The position numbers and the translations under genes are program-made. A DNA stretch of 63,024 bases, filler included. It is 11 parts of 11 records of this genome, joined end to end, with 100 filler letters (N's around TTAATTAATTAA, not from the genome) between each part and the next. Parts side by side here need not be neighbours in the genome. Positions count along the whole stretch, not along the records: positions 1 to 8,205 come from SRR7504441_8127; positions 8,306 to 16,705 come from SRR7504441_8135; 9 more parts are not named here. One strand, given 5' to 3'. Shown one piece after another: positions 1-9,408 of the stretch; position 1 is the first letter of the stretch; each line of letters begins with the position of its first letter. Below the pieces are notes generated by a model. It was not told where the DNA came from and ran no database searches. It saw only the letters and a list, made by a program, of their open reading frames with translations.

Positions 1-445
1 TTCCCGGGGGAGCGGCCTCGTCACCCCGTCCGGTACCCTCCCGTACCTGTGCTCCGACCCAAGGTGTACCCGTGCGTGCCTCACCCTCTCGCGGGAATCG
101 GGCAAAGCCAACTGACACCCTGAAAAAAAAGAAACCTGGTCAATAGGCCCCGGAGAGGAGGAGCAGGTCAGGGGCATGTAACAGGCAGGAGCGGAAGAGG
201 GGGCGGGGTGATGTAAAGAGAATTGAAGAGACGCGGATCAATTGAAAACGAGTAGCTATAGGTTAGCAAACAGGGAGCCAGACTAGGCACAAGTTTGTAG
301 CGTTATTGGTTCATAATTGGTTCAATTGGTATTCGTGGTACTTGACCCGCCGGGTCAAAGCTGCTTGCGCCGGCATCAAATAGCTAGCAATCATGTAAAG
401 TCAGGCACAGTACCAAGGCGAATAGAGAGTTCGATTACTTCGAAA

Positions 446-1834
446 TCAAGGCAACGGGCCTGCCGGATGGAAAGAGCAATTGCCGTGCACTTTGGTGTGA
501 TTGACAACCTCGGCCACAATCTCAGTCATTCTGCACGCCAAATACATTGAGAGTGTCGGCACGTCCACGTTGGTCACGACACTGAACGCGGCCGCCATCT
601 TGGGAAGGTAGCCTTGCACTGAGCTGAAACCGTACCTGCCCCCATTGTAAGCCCAGTTCATGCCCGAGGCAATCACGTGAGCCCGTTGTGCCCCATAAAG
701 TAGCCCGGCAGGTCTTGAATCCGGCTCCGGTTGGCCTTGAGCGACGAGTAGTTCTGGGTGGCCAGTCCTTCCATCAGCCCAGCGCCGTAAGTCATCAGCC
801 CGGCGCCCCAGCCGGCAGTCATCGGCTTGAACCTGGTCATCTCCCGCTTGGCGGCCTCAGAGACCAGCGGCTCCGGGCTTGCGGGCGAGAGAAGGTCCCA
901 GAAGAACCGGGCCATGTCCGCGGCGGTGCCGAGCATGTTTCCGTTGGTCCATCCGGTGATCCCAGCGCTCTGGTTTGTACTATCAGTGCTATCAACTTGA
1001 GGCAAGAGGCACCTGGTTGTAGACAGCGACTTTGGGCCAAAGCGGCACCAAACAGTGCCCAGCCACCGTCAGTCCGGCATCACAAAGCCGACTCTGGTTG
1101 CTCACGAAGCGCATGCTCGGGTACCTACCCATCTGGCCTGCAAAGCCCCTCCGAAGATCATAATTTGCCCAGCTGCCAGTCGGATCGTCCAATGCGGCCA
1201 GCAGCAGCCCGGCTAGCTCGTAGCTGGTGCTTGAATAGGCCGAGCACTTGCCGGGATCGCAGTACATGTGCCCGGGCACCGTCAAATTGACTGTGGCGGC
1301 GTACTCGATGAAGGCGTAGACTGGCCACTCGTGGTCGCCAGTGGCAAGCACTCGATAGTCAAACGGGTCGGCCCCGGTCGGGCTGATAGCTTCAAAGTCC
1401 GGGATCCCAGCCTCCATCCGGAGCAGCTGGAGCGCGGTGGCCTGCTCGGCCGGCCGGCCAAACAGCGCGGCGAGTGTGGTGTGGTTCTCCCGGGCCAGGT
1501 AACGGTCCACCAGCGGGGCCGCCTTGTTGTCCAGAGAAAGTTTGCCTCGGGCCACTTGCCTCATCACCGCGGCTGCTGTGATTGGCTTGGTCCCCGACCC
1601 GAACAGGAAGGTGTCAGCCGGCCGGGCGCTCCCGGCGGCTAGCGCGAGCTCGCCCTGGCTGTGCACCAGCCCGAGCTGTACCGCGAACCCGGGCAGCTTG
1701 CGGCCGAGCAGCAGGGACAGCTCGTCGAGCAGCAGCTGGAGCCGCAGCCGCAGCTGCGCCTCCGGGAACGCCGCGCCGGCCAGCACCAGCACGCAGAGCA
1801 GGCAGCCCAGCTGCAGCGTGCCACGAGTCGGCAT
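446..1834 (-). CDS. Secreted beta-lactamase-family (class C / penicillin-binding-like) serine hydrolase, 3 exons
   Basis: Signal peptide MPTRGTLQLGCLLCVLVLAGAA, SxxK motif (FGSGTK), Y-S-S (SAYSSTSY), and GHNGLT|YGF after removing a short GT-AG intron. ORFs 992-1834, 673-1005 and 446-676 join via two ~40-nt introns. Confidence 0.8.
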
Positions 1835-1967
1835 TTTGCGGTTGCTGAGTTAACGATTCCACGGAAAAAAAACCCTGTAGAATTCGTGAGGTATCTAATT
1901 GGCAATGTCAAATGCTATTATTCAGATAAGCGTGTAAACAATCATGCATAAATTTATCCTTCATTTA

Positions 1968-2531
1968 TCATAATTCTGCGAGCACCTTAGCCGCTAGAAT
2001 GTTGTTCTCCGTTTTGGAGCTTTTCTTCACAACACAACATGGGATGGTTGCACTTAGACCAGCATGCGTTGGTGAGCAGCATGCAATATTCTTGTTGAAT
2101 GTAATGCCTTCGACAGTCAACGTCTTCTTGATTAGCTCACATTTCCATGGGGTACTTGTTGCGCCACCGGTGGATGCAGAGAACTTCAGACAAACATTGT
2201 GAGTGTCACGTTGCACAGGATATGCCCCGGCTGTCCACTGCTCGAATGCAGATGCAGTATATCGCATAAGATTGTTGCATGGCACCACTTGTAGCAGCTC
2301 AAGCTTCCACAAGCGTTGAAAGCTGGTGATTATGAAAGCATCTGTTCCAGACATAGTGATGACGGGCCCGACGCCTTCTGATGCTGAGAGCACGTTCCAA
2401 TTGGGCGCATCTGCAGTTGGAGCTGTTTCAAAGGGCGTCAGCAGCGCACCCGGAGCAAACTTCTCAAAGTTTTCATTCACAGCGCGCACAGCCTTTGTGA
2501 TGTCCATACTATGAATCATTCCGCTCTGCAT
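1968..2531 (-). CDS. Hypothetical 187-aa ORF in a lower-GC segment, possibly a decayed transposase fragment
   Basis: Uninterrupted ORF with visibly lower GC than neighbouring genes. The C-terminal CC...IPCC loosely resembles a SWIM zinc finger. Confidence 0.3.
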   Translation of the reverse strand: MQSGMIHSMDITKAVRAVNENFEKFAPGALLTPFETAPTADAPNWNVLSASEGVGPVITMSGTDAFIITSFQRLWKLELLQVVPCNNLMRYTASAFEQWTAGAYPVQRDTHNVCLKFSASTGGATSTPWKCELIKKTLTVEGITFNKNIACCSPTHAGLSATIPCCVVKKSSKTENNILAAKVLAEL

Positions 2532-2650
2532 CCCGCCGATGAGGTAGCGCCGCTTGCTGTGCCCACTGCCAATCTGAAGATCTTAGTAACGTACTCACAG
2601 ATCAGCCGTGATTCTGCAGTCGGGATGTTGCATATCAGCGGTGGTGCTCC

Positions 2651-2994
2651 ATGACGATTGGCCTCCCAGTTTTAGCCCTCGTGGTGACGTGTGGCCTTAC
2701 CAGCGCTATATCTCACGCTGCGAGCAAGGAGCAGTGCAACTTTCAGAGTGACTGTCTCACCGCATGCCAGAACAACCCCGCTGCAAACCCCGTGCCAGCG
2801 GGTCTCGCCTCACACCCAGTATGGCACGGGGCGCTCGTCTCCAATGCCAGGTCTCACCCACGTGCATGCTTTCGCTCTGTATGACGTCCTGGCATCCCCT
2901 GCAGCGAGAGCTTGAACCTGAACTGTTTCTCTGCTGGCCGACCAGTAACGGCAGAACTCACTCAACAAACTGTTCCACTGGACCATCATCATAG
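2651..2994 (+). CDS. Small secreted Cys-rich hypothetical protein (probably spliced)
   Basis: Signal-peptide-like MTIGLPVLALVVTCGLTSA followed by CNFQSDCLTAC. The 3' exon is uncertain. Confidence 0.35.
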
Positions 2995-3097
2995 TGGCTA
3001 CATAGTAGCGATTGTCGATTGTGGGACTTCATTCATCCGCATAATTATGCCGTACGGGTACTAGTAGGTATCGGTATATAATTAGTCTATAATCGGT

Positions 3098-5662
3098 CTA
3101 TTGCTCGTGGCCATCAGAATCATAGTCAGATGGCGCGGAGATGCCCACCGCCGTTTGGATCGAGCGCATTCCTCGCCTGGTGTGCCATGTCCGAGTTGGC
3201 TTGAACCCGCTCGCCTCCTCGTCCAGGAAGAAGCTCGCCACGCTCACGCTCTCGTTCAGGCAGAGCGTGGCATGTCCCCACCCGGACGGGACGAATATCA
3301 CGTCATCCTCCTGCTGGATGCAAAACAGCCGAGCCTCGTCATTCGAGGAGTTGCCAACGGCCGCCCGCAACCTGGCAGGCTCGAGCCTCGCAAACGTGTC
3401 CACAGCCATCTCTTTCCGGTAGAATCTGGAGCTTGCCGGTGGGGTTAACACCCAAAGCTTTCTCCCAAACAGCAGGGCATTCCAGGCGGCCCGATGGTAA
3501 TGCATCGAGGTGCCCGAGCCCTGCGGCCCCAGGAAGAGCCCGAAGCTGGCCAGCCGCTGCACAGAACTGGAGGCCAGGCTGGCGGGCCAGCTGAGCTCCT
3601 GCTCCATCTCTGCCCACAAAGCTTTGTTCTGCGGAAGATTCCACCCGAGCGGCTTAGCATGTTCACCGCGCACCGCCTGCTCCAGGTACTCATCTAGACG
3701 AACCGCCTCCTGAGCTAGAAACCTTTCGTGAACCCCCTTGGTTGGCACTGGTAGCTTCTGCCGATCAAACGCTTGCCTGGCAACTCTTTTGAGGAAGGCG
3801 GCCCTGCCCCACAGCCGCTTGGCAGGCATCCCGCTTGCCGCGCCCTTGATCAGCACCGGCCGGCTCAGGTGCAAGTACTCGCGCTCAAAGGCCGACGGGG
3901 CAAGGTCTGCGCTCCGGCGATCGATTTGGCAGAAGTCCGGCATCAGGCCAAGCCGAGGATCGCTGTCGTGTTGCCCCCAGCCGCTTTCAGACACGACACC
4001 CGCGGGCGCAGCCAGCTTAGCTGGGACCTCCGGGCGCAGCCCAAACAGCCGCTCGGTCTCAGCCGCTGGCAGCGCGCCGGCAGTGCCGTACGAGTATGCC
4101 GGTCGGCTGGACCCGTCCCGAGCTTGGGGCGAAGCGCCGTTGTCGAGCAGGATCTTGACCACTCGAGCATGACCGGCGGCAGCTGCCAGCGCCAGCGAGG
4201 TGGCGCCGTGCCTGTTCCTGGCATCCACAGTCGCCCCAGCCGCAATCAGCCGCTCCACCACCCGAGCAGCCCCAGACCTCGCCGCCAGATGGAGAGGCGC
4301 GCACCCGCTGAGCGCGAGACTGTTCGGATCCGCCCCGTAGGCGAGCAGCAGTCTAACCGTGCTCAGCTGGGCCTCGGCCAGCCGCTCAACCACCACCTCC
4401 TGAGGGTAATCGGCGGCCATGCGCATCTCGCCTCCCGTCCGTTGCTCGAGTAGGGTGCTGGTGCGCTCGGGAGGCTCGGCGAACGCACTCACCAGCCCTA
4501 GCAGCTGGTCGTGAGCATCAGCTGCATAGTGCAGCGCCGTTCTTCCGTGTGAATCGCGTGTATCGGCCGCCCCCCGCTGGGCCAGGGCCAGCAGCTCGAG
4601 CAGAGTGTGCTGGTCGTAGCTGTGAGCGGCCGCATGCAGCGCAGTATCGTTCACTGGCTGCCCCACCCGCAGCTCAAACCTCGCTTGCGTCCCGGCCACC
4701 ACAGTCTCAAGCTCTGACCCTCCGCTCGCCCCAGGCATCAGCTGCCGGAGCAGCGCGAGCTGCTGTTTGGCGGCCGGGGGCGGGAGCAGCCGAGCCAGTT
4801 CCCGACGGAGCGTGGCAGTTGTCTCGGGCGAGATCCGCTGAAGGCTGGCAGTGTTGGCCCCGCTGAGCAGACCGAGCAGCCGGACAGCTGGCAGGTCGCC
4901 CTTGGCCGCTGCGAAGTGCAACAGCTGATCGGGCGAGCTGATCGGCTGGTCTGCCAAGATCGGCATCCCCAGCGGCTCCAGCCCTATGCACCACTCGACA
5001 ACCGCCGCCCACCTGGGGACGGCCCGCCCAGTGCAGCTTTCGGCGCACGCCCGGTCCAGCAGCGGCCACGCCTCCAACCGCTCGCTCTCCAGCTCACCCG
5101 CCAGCCGCGCCAGCCTGGAGGTCCACTCGGGAGTCGCCAGCTGCTTGCATAGCCGCTGGAGCCGCCCGGCGCGGCTGTCGCTTACCCCAAGTGTCCGGGC
5201 GGCAGCCGCCCGCTCGCACACGCGCGCGGCCGTCGCGGCAAGCTTGGGCGCCCGATGTCCCTGGACCCAGCCCGGGGTTCCGGCCAGCCAGTGCCGGGCC
5301 GCGGTGCTGAAGAGCTCCATGGCCGCCAGTCGGCAGACGGCGCACCGAGCCCCGGGCAGCTGAGCTTCCTCGTCCTGCACAGGCAGGAGCCGATCGATGG
5401 TGGCCAGCCGGTCGGCCGGTATGAACCCCAGGTCCCGGGCCAGCGACGGGAGCCACAGCCGGGGCAGCTCCTTGACGGCCGGGGCGGCGGGCCGGTCCAT
5501 CGCCCCCAACGCCTTGCCAGCCCAACCGCCTTGCCAGCCCGCCGCCACGAGCGCCACGGCGATCACGAGCGCCAGCCCAGCGCCGAAGGCAGCGGCCGGA
5601 CTGACGGTGTCGCCGGCGGCGGCCCGCTGCTTGTTCCGGCGACTCGACCCCAGCCTTTTCAC
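3098..5662 (-). CDS. TM-anchored saposin-like + ankyrin repeat + JmjC (JMJD8-like, HxH) protein
   Basis: Hydrophobic helix FGAGLALVIAVALVAAGW, CAVC...C...C...CAESC pattern, ankyrin motifs (GRTALHYAA, GCAPLHLAA, GATSLALAA), JmjC core FLGPQGSGTSMHYH...GRKLW...IFVPSGWGHATL. Start codon uncertain. Confidence 0.8.
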   Translation of the reverse strand: MKRLGSSRRNKQRAAAGDTVSPAAAFGAGLALVIAVALVAAGWQGGWAGKALGAMDRPAAPAVKELPRLWLPSLARDLGFIPADRLATIDRLLPVQDEEAQLPGARCAVCRLAAMELFSTAARHWLAGTPGWVQGHRAPKLAATAARVCERAAAARTLGVSDSRAGRLQRLCKQLATPEWTSRLARLAGELESERLEAWPLLDRACAESCTGRAVPRWAAVVEWCIGLEPLGMPILADQPISSPDQLLHFAAAKGDLPAVRLLGLLSGANTASLQRISPETTATLRRELARLLPPPAAKQQLALLRQLMPGASGGSELETVVAGTQARFELRVGQPVNDTALHAAAHSYDQHTLLELLALAQRGAADTRDSHGRTALHYAADAHDQLLGLVSAFAEPPERTSTLLEQRTGGEMRMAADYPQEVVVERLAEAQLSTVRLLLAYGADPNSLALSGCAPLHLAARSGAARVVERLIAAGATVDARNRHGATSLALAAAAGHARVVKILLDNGASPQARDGSSRPAYSYGTAGALPAAETERLFGLRPEVPAKLAAPAGVVSESGWGQHDSDPRLGLMPDFCQIDRRSADLAPSAFEREYLHLSRPVLIKGAASGMPAKRLWGRAAFLKRVARQAFDRQKLPVPTKGVHERFLAQEAVRLDEYLEQAVRGEHAKPLGWNLPQNKALWAEMEQELSWPASLASSSVQRLASFGLFLGPQGSGTSMHYHRAAWNALLFGRKLWVLTPPASSRFYRKEMAVDTFARLEPARLRAAVGNSSNDEARLFCIQQEDDVIFVPSGWGHATLCLNESVSVASFFLDEEASGFKPTRTWHTRRGMRSIQTAVGISAPSDYDSDGHEQ

Positions 5663-5700
5663 CTCTGCACGGGCGTGATCTCGCTCCGGCGGCCAACGGA

Positions 5701-6609
5701 ATGATTGACCAGACCGGCTCAATGCCTTCGGTGGTGCTGGTGGCCCGGCACGCCGAGCGCGAGGACTACCAGTGGAAGGCCCGGGGCCAGAGCTGGCAGG
5801 CCCAGGCGGCCCGGCCGTGGGACACCCCGCTTACTCCGGCCGGGCACGCCCAGGGCCAGGCGCTCGGGCGGGCCATCGGGCGGCATCTGTCACGGCTCTC
5901 GCTCCCGTCGGTAAGCAGGATATTCTGCAGCCCGCTGCTCCGGTGCGCCCAGACCGCGGCTGCGGCGGCAGTGGAGCTCGGGGTCCCGGCCCTGTGCGTC
6001 GACCCAAGTCTATCGGAGACGATCTGCGAGCACTGGTACCGGTCGTGGGGCGTGCCGGGCGCAAACTCGTCGTGGGGGGGGCACCCCGGGTCCGAGACCG
6101 GCCGTCCAGTGGACCTGGCCCAGCTGCACCCCGGATGCCTCGGCCCGGCCAGCGCGCTGCACAACAGCCCGGAGCTGCTGGCGGCCGAGCTGGATGCGGA
6201 GGTGACCAGGGAGGGCGGCAGCGTCACCCGACCAGACGGCGGGCGGGTGACGGTGGATCTAGGGTACGAGCCCACTTGGGCGGCCGACGAGTACACGTGG
6301 GGCAAGTTTGAAACGCACGCAATGCTCGAAGAGCGCATGGGTCGGTTCCTGAACCACCTGGCCACGCAGCACCCGGAGCAGGCCGTGCTGTGCCTGTCTC
6401 ACGGCGGCCCGACTTCCTACTCGTGCGCGGCGCTCTGCCCCGAGCTCAAGGCCCCGTTGTGCGGGTACACGGGGCTGTTCGTTTATGTCAAGGACGAGCA
6501 CGGGCAGTGGTCGGCGTTGCTGGCTGGCGACCAATCGCATTTGGACGAGCTCACTGAGGGTTCTTTGGACGGCGCCTCGAGTGTGGCTGAGCAAGCCCCA
6601 GGCAAATGA
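5701..6609 (+). CDS. Histidine phosphatase (phosphoglycerate mutase-like) superfamily protein
   Basis: ARHAERED (RHG-type motif), DTPLT..G..Q, FCSPLLRCAQTA and LSHGG. ATG at 5701 or 5722. Confidence 0.85.
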   Translation: MIDQTGSMPSVVLVARHAEREDYQWKARGQSWQAQAARPWDTPLTPAGHAQGQALGRAIGRHLSRLSLPSVSRIFCSPLLRCAQTAAAAAVELGVPALCVDPSLSETICEHWYRSWGVPGANSSWGGHPGSETGRPVDLAQLHPGCLGPASALHNSPELLAAELDAEVTREGGSVTRPDGGRVTVDLGYEPTWAADEYTWGKFETHAMLEERMGRFLNHLATQHPEQAVLCLSHGGPTSYSCAALCPELKAPLCGYTGLFVYVKDEHGQWSALLAGDQSHLDELTEGSLDGASSVAEQAPGK

Positions 6610-6704
6610 TCTTTATCATTACGTGTGAGATGAGACCATAAAAACTGGTGTATAGCTCGTACATATAGGGCATGAATTCTCGTACACGCATAAAAGCTCT
6701 AACA

Positions 6705-8120
6705 TTACATTAATGCGCACTGGGCGGGGGTGCTAGCGGTGCTCGCCGAGCTGTTGGACAGGCTGTCCTCGACCATCTCCTCAGCCGCCTGCACGCTCTC
6801 GTACACCAGCAGCTTGGGGGTCAGTCCGTACTTGGAGCAGGCCCCGGCCACCTCGTCCCAGCCGGTGTAGTAATCGTACGCCCCGCGCGAAAGACCCGGG
6901 ATGTCGTTAAAAAAGATCCACTCATCTGGCGCCGAAATCCGGCGGCAGAAGACCACGTAATGTCGGTACTTATGCTGGAAGCAGATCATCGCAACCAGTC
7001 GGTGCCTCGGGCCCAGGTCGGCCTCGTGGCTCATCGGGGCCAGACTGCTCACGGCCCGGTGGACTGAGCGCGAGGTGAGCTCGGGCAAGGTGATCTCAAC
7101 GAGGACCATTGGTTTGTCGGTGAGGCCCCAGCCGCTCAGCTGCTCCCACACTTGGGCGGTGGTCGGTGCCTGGCCAGTGAATGGCACCGGCACAATGCAC
7201 CAAAGCTTGGACAGCTGCCTGACCGCTTGACTCGAGCACTTGTCCATCTCAGACTCCAGCTGCGCGAACGCCTACTCACCACGCGCTCAACCCCGCAAGG
7301 CGAGCACGCGACTGACCTCGGCTGTATCGCCGTACCCTCGGCCCCAAGCGCGAACCAGCGGAGTCACCGGGACTGCCCGCCCGAGCAGGTAGCCGTCCTC
7401 GGAGCTGTTCCGGCTGTACGCCTGCCAGGTGCGCTGCCAGGCCCCGAGCGCTGACTTGGAATCGAGCTGCGGCATCCCAGCCACAATCTGCTCAAAAGCG
7501 GCGTGGAACACCCGCGAGTGCCACAGGCCCTGGAAGAGCGTGGACAGCCAGCAGCTCTCGGCGTGCGGGTTGGTGAAGTCGGCGTGGTTGAAGCTCTCGC
7601 CGCGGTGCAGACTGGCGGTGAGCGCAGCCTCGGGCAGCTGGCCGCCGGGGTCTAGTTCGAGGGCGTCCACGCCGAACAGCTCGAGCTCGGCGTTCAGCCG
7701 CTGCACCTCCACCGCCGCGGCCACCTGGTCGCGCGGGCTGGTGGCCTCGGCCAGCCGAGCCCGGGCGGCCCCTAGATCTGCGGCCAGCCGGTTCACGTGC
7801 CCTTGGGTGCTGCTCTCCTCCACAGAGGCCGCGCTGCCGGTCCGCTCGAGCTGCCGGTCTGGGTGCGCCACCGGCTGGAGCGCGGGGACTGCCCCTGCGG
7901 CCGTCTGGTGGAACGGGTAGCACCAGCCTGTCTTGCCCCGGAGGCTCACTTGCAGCCACTGCCCGTCAGCGCTCAGCACGTCGAACTGCTCGCCACTGGT
8001 TATCACCGCGGCCACCGGGGCGCCAAACGCCGGGAACTCGCGAACCCGCCACGAGTCCACCAGGCACGAGTCCACCAGCTCCCGTGGCAGGCAGTACCGG
8101 CCGGGCGGGAAGGGTTGCAT
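6705..8120 (-). CDS. Divergent USP-like cysteine peptidase with SH3-like N-terminal region and C-terminal CaaX (CALM)
   Basis: Cys box FTNPHAESCWLSTLFQGL, YGDTAE|AF across a short intron, His box RHYVVFCRR...WIFFND, and an SH3b-like segment FDVLSADGQWLQVSLRGKTGW. The start may lie further 5' near the contig end. Confidence 0.65.
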
Positions 8121-8205
8121 CTGCAGGTGCCTGCTGAATAACGGAAAAAACCATGGCCTCGATTGAAGAACCTCCCGGAGGGCGCACAACCCATTCCAGC
8201 CAAAA

Positions 8206-8305
8206 NNNNNNNNNNNNNNNNNNNNNNNNNNNNNNNNNNNNNNNNNNNNTTAATTAATTAANNNNNNNNNNNNNNNNNNNNNNNNNNNNNNNNNNNNNNN
8301 NNNNN
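8206..8305. other. Artificial contig-joining spacer (N44-TTAATTAATTAA-N44), repeated at 16706, 20883, 24099, 29311, 34638, 41355, 46789, 53103 and 56257
   Basis: Identical 100-nt blocks with a six-frame stop linker. Genes are truncated at these junctions. Confidence 0.97.
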
Positions 8306-8642
8306 GTTCTAAATCGTTTGGTCTTTAGCTTTTTTTATAATCTTGGGGAGCCGTAGCCACTTGGACTGGCACTCCTCAATCAGTTCTTGAGGAATCGCAG
8401 CCCAGCGGCCCAGATGTTTTGGCATTCATTTATCTTTAAAAAGCTTCTATCCAGGCAACGCAAGGGCTTGGTGTGGCTGAGAGGCATGGTAATTTGAATC
8501 CCTCCGGATTGATGGCGGGACTTCGCCTCGACTTTATGCACTGTCGGAGTGAAAGCAAATAGTGAGCCACGACCCTTGCCTGCTAAGCCATTCCGAGAAC
8601 AGATGGCCGTTGAAATAACGGACGAGCCGTTCTCCGAGCGCC

Positions 8643-9205
8643 ATGAGAGCCGCCGATTGTCTCCGGCCTTGGCCGTTCACTACGATCGTGCTCACTCTCT
8701 CGGCCATCGCCCTCACCATCGGCGTCACAATACTTGGGGTCAAGCTTTCTGACCGCAGCCAGTGCGTCTCCGCCGTCTCGTACCCGGTGCGCACCCCGGG
8801 CTTGCCGCCAGCACTCCCCGCGCCGCTGATCCGGCCGGGGGCAGGCGCCCAACGCTCAATCTGAATCAATCTGGGATGACATTCTCTATAATCTTGACCC
8901 GGCGTCGTGGCCAGAGCACCTCGCGACGAAAGAAGCGACGAAAGAACTTGAGGAAGGCAAATCGCTGTGCGAGAGCAAGAAAGACCACACAAAATGCTCG
9001 GATATGGCGCACATGTGCGAGTGGGACTCCGCGACGCACAGGTGCAGACTCTTGGGCCGTTGGATGGCTCGGCAGCACGGAGTTTAAAGGAATCCCCAGC
9101 ACCTTCACACTGCAGTCAGGGTGCCAGCACTCTCACACGACCGAGTGCGCGCGGGACCTACGAGGGACCAGCTGGCTCAAGAGCTTGCCTGGTGGAGGTC
9201 GATAG
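8643..9205 (+). CDS. Small signal/TM-anchored Cys-containing hypothetical protein (spliced; 3' end uncertain)
   Basis: MRAADCLRPWPFTTIVLTLSAIALTIGVTILG, spliced via GT...GGGGCAG to APNAQSESIWDDILYNLDPASW...LCESKKDHTKCSDMAHMCEWDS. Confidence 0.4.
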
Positions 9206-9408
9206 AGCCAGCCCACACACGTGTGCGCAGTTTACAGTTTGGGACAATGTGCTATCAAACAAATCGTATTCATAAAAGCATTATAGCGTATTAAAGATGT
9301 CGAGCCCATGCATCGATATCTCTACAATGAGTTGACCGAGTTCAGAGGGTCACTCACCTAGTGAGATATGGATGGGACTTCTAGAAGGCTTGCACTTATG
9401 CTAATATC

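Noticed and set aside
145-175. GGAGCAGGTC resembling SRP RNA helix 8
   Set aside because: The GNRA-loop hairpin and the rest of the SRP structure are not evident.
3101-5704. Many long overlapping antisense and alternate-frame ORFs
   Set aside because: Expected shadow ORFs in high-GC coding DNA; low-complexity R/A/G/P composition and no motifs.
8250-8261. Recurring TTAATTAATTAA flanked by Ns as a biological repeat or telomere-like element
   Set aside because: Identical 100-nt blocks with a six-frame stop linker that truncate genes; a concatenation artefact.
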